A stretch of DNA of 64,000 nucleotides. Source: Camelus ferus (lineage: Eukaryota). The stretch's first letter is position 1. The number at the start of each line of letters is the position of its first letter. The notes under the pieces were generated by a model. The model was not told where the DNA came from. It did not search any database and worked only from the letters and a program-made list of their open reading frames with translations. The DNA lies in contig NC_045697.1 in assembly GCF_009834535.1 (NCBI RefSeq), forward strand, positions 30,692,001 through 30,756,000, read 5' to 3'. Of the stretch, positions 25,886 through 37,890 are shown one piece after another. The translations under genes and the position numbers were made by a program.

Positions 25886-27799
25886 CTGTAAAATTAAACA
25901 AAAAACACCCTCAACATCTACTCCCATTTGTTCTGCAAAGATGCCTTCAGGATGTTCGGCAACTATGTTGAGTTATTTTTAGTGCCTTTTATGTTTCAAA
26001 CTGCTTTCACAAACCTCCACTTATTTGATTCTCACAAAAGCCCCTCAAAGGAGATTGGACAAACATTATCAGAAAAAAAAAAAAAAGTAAATTACTCCCT
26101 TTAAAGTCACACCTCTGTTCTGAGCAGGGTAGGGACTAGATTATACGTCACCCGTGGCCCTGCCATCTTTGCTCACTATTTCAACCGCACAATCACAATC
26201 TTGCAAAAACATATTCAGTAAATTATCTTGTTAATGCACCACAACACTGAACTAGTCAAAACTGCTTAGCTATGAACCAAGGGGAAACGTCAGGGAATAT
26301 AATTTAAATAATTTATGGGTATTCTTTCAGAAATACTCAATGCGATGGAAACTTTAATTCCTAGTAACCGAGAGGAGGAAATGCAGTATCTGTAATCTCT
26401 TGCCACTTCATGGATTGGCATCTATAACTTTAATCATGATTTCACGAGGTGCTGTGTTTCAGCTGGGGCTGGTGACATGTGGCCTAGTAATCTCGATGGA
26501 TTGGATAAAAGAACCTCCTCCATCAATGAAGAGTTCACCTTCAGGCACAATAAAAACCTTCAACGTCAAGGAACGCTTTGTTCACCTCCAGGCTGCAGAA
26601 GGGCTGTATCTGTCTCCCTCTGTGAAGAACCACTGCTTTCCCAGCTCTTCAAAGGCAAAAAGTTTCAGGATACTTAGTTTTCTCCCCAAATCCTGTAGAC
26701 TTTTCCTATAACCTAATACAGTCAGCTTCTTATTTCAACAGAGCCCCAACATTGCCAAGAAACACAACATGAGCTTTGCACAAGGAAATATAAGAAACAA
26801 CTATTGGAAGCTTTGTTCTGAATGCTAGAATCTGAGCTGGTAGCTATTTATATAATAAACACAAATCTATATTTATATAATAAAAGATACCTATAATAAA
26901 ATAATACTTACATACTAATTATTGTTATAGTCAAGGGAGATACAATTATTGTTCCAATTTAAGACTGTGGTACACTTTATATGAGTTATCCTCACAAACA
27001 GGGATGCAAAGGCAGAGGTGATTAAAATTTTATATTGGGGATTTTTGAAGGTGTTTCTGCATTTGTATTTCAAATGTGGTTCACACTATGGTCTGGAATT
27101 TCAGAACCTGTTTATCAGAATAATAGAACCGTGTTGTACTGTAAAGTAAGACTGCCCAAACTTCCCAACACTGGAAATTCATTTAACACTTCCCCTGTTC
27201 CTCGTTACAGTGACACGGAGGACCACCACATAGCAGCATTCTTTGCAAAATTTTCTGTTCACACTTTACATCAGTGGGGAAAAAAGCTGTTTTAATTTAC
27301 AGGCCTCCCCCTCCCATTTCTGGTTGGAAATTTTTGGTCCAAGAGGACTTTAAGAAAAAGAGGTGAAAAATGTCAGTAAAATTCTGTAAGCAAAACTGAT
27401 CAATAACTACCCATCGTAGATTACCCTGGATTGTCTTAAAAGCAAATTCCCATGGGTGAAATGAATGAACAAGCAAATTAATGAACTGATGAAAAATAAA
27501 AATAAAACAATATTTAGCACATACCACGCACCAGTCATGGTTCTGAGGGCTGCACACACAGATACAACACTTGTGACAACCCTGTGCAGGAGGCATGACC
27601 CTTGTCCCCCTTCTGCAGATGACAAGAGTGAGACTTAGAGTGGAACTTCCTGGGCCACAAATACATGGTTTCTAATTCCAAACTCAGAATTAAATTTCTG
27701 TGCTAGCTTGTCTTTCTCTACATAATCCAGCAAAAACAAACCAACAGTACCAGGCACAGCAAATTATAAGATGGAATCCCCACACCCACTCCCTCCGTA

Positions 27800-28230
27800 G
27801 TCTCCCCAGAGCCCTCATCATCTGTCTCTCATCTCGTCTTGACCGCCAACGGAGACTTCTCTCTACAAAACAAATTTGAAACACAAATCATGTCTCCTCT
27901 TGCTCCAAATTTTTTCAATGGCTTCCTACTGCTTACCTGATAAAGCCCAAAATTTAAGCCTTACTAACTTTTGTTCACATTTCCCTTCGAAATCTTGACT
28001 CCTTCAATTCCCCCTCTCTGGACCCCCCTTTCCTCCTGAAGAGATTCCACTCTCTTTTAAATCAAGTTCATCCTCCCAAGCCCTCCCAGACTCACTCCAC
28101 GCTACCAAGTCTAATTCACTCTATGCGAGCAAGGCCCTCAGTTCCTTGAGGGGAGGGACAATGTTTAATCTGGTTCCCAGCCACAAGCACAGAGCCTGCA
28201 ATTACAGATGCTCGGGAAATACATATTTAT
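27800..28230 (+). mobile_element. Degraded L2 3' region
   Basis: tcatgtctcctcttgctccaaattttttcaatggcttcctactgctt...gataaagcccaaa. Confidence 0.55.
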
Positions 28231-30788
28231 GGAATGAGAGCACTGATACACTCGGATTTCACCCCACTGGAAGCACTCCATTTCCCCTCTATTATCACTT
28301 CTGATTCCAGAGAGACAGAGAGAGGGTTTGGTCTTCTGTTTTATGCTCTTTAATTTTCCAGAGAACAAATAATTCCTATTACTTCAAGTCTTTCAGACCA
28401 AGGCCCTGCCCCCTAAAATGCATGCGTGTGGACCTGCGTATCTATTTCCTGCCTGCCTGCCTATCTCCCTATCTAACATTCTACCTATGCACCTATCTTC
28501 CTATTCATCCATCCATCCAACCATCCGCCACTCTGTTTTTTAAGCTTTTGCCCAAGTCACTTCTGATCTGAAAACCCAAATGAAACCTGAGATGCACTGC
28601 AGGAGGACTTCAAACTTCTTTGCTGCAAAGCAAGACTGAAAGTCAAGTAAAGCCCTGAGTTGTGCAAGCTCCCTCATTAACCAGCCTGTGGGACCCACTC
28701 TAACTCCTTCCACTGGTGCCCTCTAACACCTCAAAATGTGCCGAGAACTTATTCGCGGTGTCAGTACCCCTGGGTTCCCTGGGTGATTATCACAGATCCT
28801 CAGCAAATCAAAAGGTGCCAGGAGATGTCACAGAGATAACATTTCAGATGGTGAGTCAAGCTCTTCGCACAGTGAATTCTCCCATCAGCCCACCTGGGGT
28901 GCAAGGTAATAACAACAGAAAAGTTTCAAACATTTTCTTATTTTAGTTTATAGTTTTCTTTTGTAAGCAGCTCTGTTGTTGGTGTGCGCTGCCAGTTACA
29001 TGTTATATTTTACCCTTATTTATACTGCCAGGAGTATTAAAAAAATTTTTTTCCTTATGGAAGCTTATTGCTTCTCCCCTAAGCCTGGGAGCCATACTTT
29101 ATGGCCATATTGCATTGAAGCTTATCTCCTGTAGCTAGAAATAAATTTATTACTACATTAGCTGTTGCTTTGTTTTCTTTTTGGCTACTGAATGGGGAAA
29201 TGTTTCAACATTGAAACTTAGTGACATGTGAAAGTGAAAATACATAAATAAGAAGCTAATTCTGAAAAAGGATACAAGACCACATAGTACAACAAAATAA
29301 AGCTCTGTATCTCCTTGTGCTACAAAGTCCGATTTGTGGGCTAAGAGAAAAGGAGTATCTGTTGCCATCATCAGGGACAGTCAGAAGTAAAGGCAGTTTG
29401 GGGAGACAGAGGCATGGGGAAAGGCAGGGGCTCAGGCACCTGGCCAGGCGGGGATCCAGGGAAGGGACGGAGCTGCAGGGAAAGTGGGATTTGCTGGCAC
29501 CTCCAGCAGCCTGCATCCCACATGGGCGCTGGAGTCCAGCTCTCCTCTCCCTCCCCACCACCCGCACGTGCTCATCAGGAGCCCCTCTGCTCTCCCACCA
29601 CGCTTGCCTGCTGTGCCAGGTCACAGTTCAGTCCACAACCAGCAGTCCTCCTGCGCTCTTAGTCCTGACACTACATGAGGGAATAAAATCATCTCCCCCT
29701 GGGGACAGGCTCTACTCCAGCTCTTCTCTTATCCACAGGTGCCCAGTATGCTGATCTAGGCTTGTACCCACGCTGAGCCGATTCCACTGCTCTCGGAGGC
29801 TACTCAGACCCTCTCTTTTCTGCTCGAGACTCCAGCTTTGGCCCCTGTCACTGCAACAAACATCTACCTATTTACTGAGAACATTCATACCGACTTTCCT
29901 CTCTCAAAACTTCCCTTTACCTAATCCTCCCTAATCTTAAACCAGAAGGAAGACCTAGCTTCTTTTCTCACTTCTGTCCCTCCCACTTCTCCCTGGCATC
30001 TTTAGTATCCCCCATTATCACTATTTTTTCCTTTAAGACTACATACTAAAAGCAATGAACAAATAAACTGAGAAATGTCCCCTTGACTCTACTGTTCCCC
30101 AGTCCTCCAGATGACGCAAATACCCCCATCTTATAGATTCTCCAAATACTTGTTTATACTCACACAGTGTACCATGATGAATAATTGCTTATCTGTTTAT
30201 ATCTCTACTTCCCTTCGGGACTGAGGCCCTTGATAAAGAGATGAAAATCAAATCAGCACAAGCTTAGTAATGAAAGAATAACCAAATCATTAGTGATCGG
30301 AGAATACCTTGTGAGAAGTTACAGTGGTTTTCTTGTGGGACCATTTTGAGGATTGTTTTTTGCTGCCTGTAAAACTTCTGTGTCATCTTGGATACTCTTA
30401 ATTAGAGCAATAAATACAATGTTATTTATTGGGCTTATTTATTATAGAGGAAATGGAGAACAAAGTAGGTGGTTATGATCTAACACTTCCTTCTATCTCG
30501 TAGAACATAAATTGCCTGATGAATATAACATAATCAATGCCTAGACAAGCTACTTACTGCTCAAGCCAGGTTATGTAACTGTGGACCGAGGAGAAGAAAC
30601 AATAGGTATTTGGTTTATAAGAAACACGCTTGGAAAAGAAAAATAAAAGGAAAGAACGATGCTTGGCAGATAATTAGGTCAAGTAGAATTCCTCACAAAG
30701 ATGACTCTGACTGGAAGGTCTTAATAAAGTTCTAGTTGAACCTTTGGGGTTCTGCCTGGCAAAACAGATAACATGTCCATAGAATACC

Positions 30789-31300
30789 TGTTGGGGAGGG
30801 GGAAACGTCCCACCCTTCCCTTCCGGAATTCTTTTGACTGGTCTAATAATTAAATTGGCACAAGACAGTTTAACAGGAGGAAGAAAACAAACCAACATAC
30901 TTACTTCCTGTGTATGGAGGTCTCATAGAAATGGGACCTAAGAAGTGGCCAACGCAGGCAGCTCTTATACTTTTTAGATAAAGAAACAATCAATTTGTGA
31001 CGAATTGACAAGACAAAGAAGTTTAAGCTTGGAGTAGTAAATTAGTGAGGAAGTAACAAGGTTTGTTTAAACAGCCCTTGTGGCCCTGAATTCCCTATCT
31101 CTGATGATAAGGATGGATGTCTCTCTACCTCCTGATGCAAGGAGGGTAGCTTTCAAATGGGAGATTTATTTCTTGTTTTCTAGGGACAAAGAAGGGTAAG
31201 AATGTTCCTCTTGTACTGGCTGCTTGTTAAGTAACTTCAATTCACAATATTCGATATGCCACTCTGGCACATTTTCGGGTGGGTGTCCTGAGCCCCAATA
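30789..31300 (-). mobile_element. Solo LTR of an ERV1-class element (MER34/MER39-like), 512 bp
   Basis: Inverted termini tgttgggg...ccccaata, 4-bp TSD tacc (30785-30788 and 31301-31304). The minus strand begins tattggggctcagga...aaaatgtgcca like remembered MER34-group LTRs. Confidence 0.8.
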
Positions 31301-33199
31301 TACCCTCCAAAAAAATAAAATAAGATAAAATAACAATGATTTTTAAGACATCAGAGACTGGCAGCTTTATGATGATCTTTTTCATTACTTTTACATGACC
31401 TTTGCCAAGGAAATCCTTGATAAAAATCATATAGGGCACCCTAGACAATGAAATCTGATACAGTTTTATAGTGAAATAAGTGGAAAGCCCTGACTTGTTT
31501 GGAAAGTATCATAGCATGCAACTTGTCGTTTTCATTTTGGCAAAAAACTTTGCTTGGAACAGTCTAAAGAACCAGAGGCCAGATGTGCAAAGAACATGTT
31601 AGGCCACCTAAGAACTATGTTTTTGATGGCCCCACACGCAATGCTGCGGAAAGCACCTGCATATAAACGGTCCCTTTCGGCTTCTGGATTTTGGTTTTTC
31701 TTCCTGATTCCTTTTATGGGTTTACAGGACAGATATTCTTACTTAGGAACATATCCCGGGAACACCCTAGTAGAGAATGTGGAAATATCCCTAAGGAAAG
31801 GAAAATTAGAGCCTCTAGCCTTTGACTAGAAAACTAGTCTAGTCCGGCATAACCAGCAGAGATGAGGAGATGAAGTGAAGATCACAGAGAGTCTAAGATG
31901 TAACACCTGAATGCTGTGGCTTCCACACCCTGCTTCAGGGCTGCGGATACTTACAGCAACAGAAGAAAATGTGCGATCACTCTCTATATCCCAGAGGGTG
32001 TCATCAGCAAGGCGAAGCCAAACAGCACAAGTTAAAGGAAAAAAGAATACAGATACATACTGATTTAGTTCCCACTATATGCTGGTGCTTGGGTCTGAAC
32101 ACAGATAAACACTCAGCACTTGTATTTACTCCTGGGAATCTGTTAAAGGTGTGCAGGTCTAGTGATAAACTTATAAGGAGGATTCTATTCCCAGAAAGGG
32201 AAAAAAAAAAAGATACCAAAGTTCTGAATTACACTTTGACTTTTGGACACACTATTCAACAATGCACTGCATTGTTCTTGGATTTGTTCTTTTCCTTCAC
32301 GAGTTCACCACCACTGAAGTGAAATAAGCATACAACTTGGGTTAATGATGAGTCACTTTTGGAAGACACAACTTTCACCCTTGTCAGAATGGACTTAAGC
32401 TTATGAAGCCTGTACTTCTTACTTTAGCATGAGCACCACGGGTTTGTTTTCACTTACTTTCCACAAAAAGGGCAAAATGCAACATTATATTATAGGCAAA
32501 CATCTGTAGGAAACTTGTTGAACAAAGATGGGGACTCCTATGAAATAAGACAACTTGTTGGAGGTTGAGTCCCTGTAAAATAATTTTAAAACTCATCAGC
32601 TGACGTGCACAAGTCACCCATCAGTGGCGAGGAGGCAGCCAGCATCGTATAACAAATGTACGACAGTGAAAAAGTGGTGCTTTTGTCGTTAGGAAGTCAA
32701 AGCTGGCCATGAGGGCTCACATGATGCTTCTGGGCACTGTTAGATTTGAAGCTAAATGGCGGAGCCAAATGATGAAGCCACACTGTAAAGAACTTAAGTT
32801 CCAGAAACTGAAACATAGCCCATGGCTCAAAACTCAGGGTTTTCCCCAGTTTCAGGGGGTTGTAGAAAACAAGCTCATCAAACAGTTATACTTTCCCTGG
32901 AAAGGAAACAGTAAGTGTTTGATTCTGAAAAAAAATTCCTTAGTGATGTGACAGGAAAAAACTAAATGAGAAGTAAGGAGTAGGTAGGGTTCACTACCAA
33001 CAAAAATTCCAAAACACACTTTTGGATCAGATGTTCTAGAAAGGCTCAGTGTTCTAGAAAGGGCTATAAGCCATGTTACATGAAAAGGTGTCACAGGTAA
33101 GTTCATTTCATGGTCTATTGAGAAACTTTTTCACCAGGAGTATATAAATATATTCTAATTTAACTCCTCATTTATTTTTTCATTTGATGTGCTCTAGAA

Positions 33200-33420
33200 G
33201 GCGGTAACACGGCATCAGAATGGCTTGGGTTGAATCACCGCTTTCCCACTTGTGGCCGTTTGCCTCCAGGCAGGTTACTTCACTTCTCTGACTCAAATTC
33301 TTCTCATTCATTATATTGGGTTAATATCTCTTTTGTAGGGCTATTGTGGTGACAAGATGTGCTAACTCAAGTGTCCTGTCTGGTGCATGGCTCAGAGGTC
33401 ACATCCAAGAAAACTAGTTC
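33200..33420 (+). mobile_element. MIR
   Basis: ggcaggttacttcacttctctgactcaaattcttctcatt...tagggctattgtg. Confidence 0.6.
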
Positions 33421-36400
33421 GTTTCCTTCCTCTAACATTGGATCTCATAGAGGTGTCAACACATGAAGAAGAATGGTCTGCAACCTGCCAATCACCGCAC
33501 AGCAACGGTGCAATCCAAGTGGGATATTACTGAGATGACTTCCAGCTTCCTTTTGAAATCTTCCTATGGCAAATTTATTTCAGTCTACCCTTTGACTGCT
33601 CACACTCAACTCTCCTAGCTGCTACTTCTTCTACATAAAAGTATCTGGAAACCTGCCTTCCCCCAATTACAGAGAAGATGGCATTATCTCCTCTCCTATG
33701 AGCTATTTGGTAGATGGTAGGAGGACAAATATTTATAATTCACCTGGACTGTTTTCCTTTATCTCTTAATTTCCATCTCCATCCTGATACAACTCTTGAG
33801 CAGAAAATAACCCGAAAGTCACAAACTGATTTCGCATTTCTCTTTTAGTATCTATGTTTTTTGCACAGATGACCACATCAATATCTGTTAGACTTTAAGC
33901 TCCCATAAAGAATATAAAATTATATATATATAAATGCAGAGTTACATAAAATAGCATTATATGCAAATGAGCAATTCATAAATACTATGTTGAAAATATG
34001 ATAAAGAAAACTTAACACTATCAATGTAACTTCTTAGGTATTATTATTAAAAGCAGATAAATACACTATGGGGTGAAAAAACCTTAGTTTGCCTACTTAG
34101 TTTTAATATCTACTATCAGTTAACTTAAAATGTCAAATAACAGGATATATGTAAGAATCTTACACTTTTTTTTTTTTTAGCCGTTTTGGTGGTTTGTGGC
34201 CCCACCTCATCATCATTTAAAACATGAAATATTTACAAATTTATGGCCAAATGTTTCATTCTTTCTCTATTTTTACACCCTCCAAGTGTTCACACCCTAA
34301 AATTACAAGTTAACAGAGCATTCCAAGGACACTGTTAGTAACACATTATGACCATATCAAATATGAACAGTGTTAGCACGTTCTTAAAGAGTGAGTTATG
34401 ATGCCCATAAAAGCCGTGCAGATAAGCCATTGGGTATTATTTTTTGACAACGTGTTACTGATTCAGTGGAACACTGGACATTCCACATGCCCCTGTGCAA
34501 CACATGTATCAACCACTCCTGTAGCTACTGCAGGCGATAGTAAGTTGTAAAGCACGTATGCCTGAGAGTAAAGAGAAACTATATTTACATACAGTTGGTC
34601 CACTTAGTATTCATTCGCGTCAGGATCACTGGCTCTCTTGGACAGTTTTTGACCAAAAAAGTTTGGTGTTTCTAAACTCCCAGGCTCTATTAGAATATAA
34701 CATTTAAAAACAAATTCACGTAGATCCAAACCAACATAAAGTAATTTTTTCCAAAATGGGTAAAGGCAGACAGAAGGTGAACTCATTAAAACCATATGGT
34801 CAAAGAGGTCTTCTAAAACTGCTTCGTGGAAGGCAGCCAAGCGAATGCATTTAATCAATACATATTGCTAAATATAACGGAGAGGGAAATTGACAAAAAA
34901 TGTTCATGCCTGGCTGCTATACAGACATGGGCTTTCCAGGGCTGGAGTAGATATAAAACACTGTAATTGAGGAAATGGTCCAATCTCCCAGTAGGGTCAT
35001 GCCATCTGAAAAAGGTCAAAGGTTACAAAATGGAAGACGGTCGGAAGAGGAAGTTGCAGCGCTGGGTAAATTGCTCTTGGTCCTGGGATAGAGGTTTGAG
35101 ATTTGGGATTATGATAGGTTCCATCAGGCAAATTACTCCTTGTGAGGCATCTAGTCTCATTTTGCGTTCCCTAGAGAGAAGGCAGAGAAGTGTCCAATCT
35201 GGGTCCACATCTATCTTTCGTGTTGGGATCGGGGGCGCGGAGCAAAGAGAAACAAACCCCAGGAAAGGAAGGAAGAGTGAGGTAGGGGATATAATTATAT
35301 AATTTAAATAGTTTTGTGGATAAAGGCTTTTACCAAAGCCCTCATAGTAATTATTTGAAACCACCACTGAAAGCCTCCTGAACACTTACTTTGAGCCTGG
35401 TAGTAAATATTCTCCAGTGGCGGCAGTGACTCACACGCAGAAGGAAGCATTCTGGAGGGGCTGGGTGGGCAGACATTCAGTCTATTGCCTTCAATTCAGC
35501 CAGGAAGAGGCTGCTCAGAATATACAACTGGGTTTTTGAAAGTAAGCAAATTACCAAATCAACGGTTTGGAGAAAGTCACATCTGGGGCCTGAGAGAAAT
35601 TCCTACCCAGAACCACAAAGAAAGCTAATGTTGGGCCCATTTCCCCAATGACTTGAATTAATTAATTAAGGCAGGAATAGAGAGGAATCATTATCTGTTG
35701 TGTTTTCTCACTGCAAAACCCAAATGCACACAATTTTCATTATTTCCTACATCTATTCAAATAAATCTATGTACTATTGTTGCTGTAAAATGAAATCTAG
35801 GGTCTTCCGTGAATTTCATAAATACAAGATGCCCAAACACCTTCATTTGCTAGAAGAGCATTCCTCTTTCCGCTGCTCTGTGTCCTGGTGGTGAGTGGGA
35901 AAGGAGGTAGGGACAAGTTGGAAAATGTGGGGGATGCCTCCTAGAGTGCTTTTTTTCTGTGATCGAGTCCCCATCACCCCTGGAGAAGAAAGGGTTATTT
36001 AAAAACAAAAAGGAAAACAGTTTTGGACATAGAGTGACCTAGGCCAAAATTCAGCACCCCACATGCTCTGTGAACTCAGAGTCTCCATCTGTAACTGAGA
36101 TAAATACCATGTCCATGGAGGAGCAGGGGTGAAGGCATGCAGACACATCGGGGACACAGGTTTCCTAGAAACTGTCAGTTTTATGGTCCTGCCGACTCAT
36201 CAGAGGCACAAAGAAGTCCCCAGGCATGGCCTACTCCCCTCAGAAATGCCAACAAGCTGGGGGGAGATGGCAGCAGGGCAGGCTGGTTAGAAAGCCTTTA
36301 TCTGTAATTCTAGGTCTCACAGGGGTTCTTAGGAAAGTTCAGATGTTCAGCCAAAAACAGAGATACAGAATATTCAGGCTTCCAGGGAGGAAGAATTTCT

Positions 36401-37519
36401 CAAAATAAACACTATGAATTTGTGAACAACTTCACTTTCTGCACAAAAGCCAAGATTACTGAATTTTGTTTAAGAAAAGGGGACACATTCAGTTTTTATG
36501 AGACCAAACGAAAGGTTTGATGGAACTTTTTCAACCACATACTTTGGCTTGTGGCAGACACCATCTTAAATCAGAGGAAAAGAGAACAGATTATTTGTTT
36601 ATATGTTATTTTCATTTTTTGTTAATGTTTGCATTTTTTTATGAACCCATTTCTCTCAAATGTAACAAAATTGGCTTCCTTCACTGAGAGCTACTTGGAG
36701 CAAGCCATGCGCCAAACAGTATCTGAACAGTCATCTTGAAATGGGATGTTATAACAACACAGCTTTGCTTTTGATAGGGACACATTAACACCTTTAAAGT
36801 TAAACTAAGATCTTAAACATTTTCAGGCCAAAAACACTGAAGGAGCTTTGCTAATGGTAAAAGAGAATTCACAATACTGAAGTTCCAAAGCTGGCAGTGG
36901 AGGAAAACTCGGTGCGGTTTAAAATCTGCCTGACTTATTTTTCAAAGCAATACACAATGCATTGTATTAGACTCACGGGACATATCAAGACAAAGTAGCC
37001 TCAATTCTTTTTTCCCCCCTCCTTTTCTGGAGTCAAGTCAACAACTTGCTTATTCTGGATTTCTTTCAGGGGCCATTCAACAGTGGCTGGATCCCCAAAC
37101 AGTGAGGTTTGTCTGCAGAATACATATAAGTCGAGCTAAAAAGGGTACAGATGACAACTTCACCATTTATGTCATGAATGCCTGGAAGTTAGATCTGAAG
37201 CTTCCATGGTGTTAGAAAACCAAATTTAGCTAGAAAAAAAAAAAAGAGGAATCCCATAAAGAGGTTTCTTTTACCATGGTGTTGAAAAATGTATATTCAT
37301 ATGCTTATTAATATCAAATGTGGTTAACAATTCATTTTCTGTAAAATATATGAGCGAGGGAAAAACACTGGTATCCATGATCAGACCTGGCTGGCTCAGG
37401 TTCATATTCTCAATTAAGCAGAGAAATTTAAGTAGTGAGAAGGGCGGCTGTTTAAAAAATCACCTCTTACAGCAGCTGGCAATGAGGAACTCCCCTACCA
37501 CCAGGAATTATAACGATAA

Positions 37520-37890
37520 AAGAAATAATAATGACGACCACGATAATGGTCCATATATCTTAAGTGCTTACATGCCAGACATTGTACTTAAAAGGTATTG
37601 TTTTGCTTAATCCTCACAGCAGCATCCTAGAGACGGGTATTATTATTACTCCTGCTTTATAAGAGATTTATAAGAGTCGCTGGCAATGGAGGCCCAGAAA
37701 AATCTCATTGCTTAGACTCTGGAATCCGATGACTTGGGTCCATCTTCCAGGGCCACTTAGCGCTCAAGCTGAAGTTACCTTTCAAGACTGGGCATGATAG
37801 TACCTGCCTACTAATGTTTTTCGGTGAAAATGGGATTATTCCTGTAAAATCCTTGGTCCAGTACTGAGCACAAAAAATAAGCACGTCAGA
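37520..37890. mobile_element. Two adjacent MIR remnants in opposite orientation
   Basis: ttaatcctcacagcagcatcctagagacgggtattattatt (-), followed by gactctggaatc...atagtacctgcct (+). Confidence 0.55.

Noticed and set aside
26400..26711. ORFs near the 25.8-kb exon as an alternative ATP8A1 exon
   Set aside because: The listed ORFs are on the opposite strand. The gene-strand reading I checked contains stops and has no ATPase similarity, and the nine exons already give a gap-free protein.
29153..29754. Cluster of overlapping ORFs up to 145 aa
   Set aside because: A GC-rich patch with few stop codons, open in several frames on both strands, with no recognisable domain.
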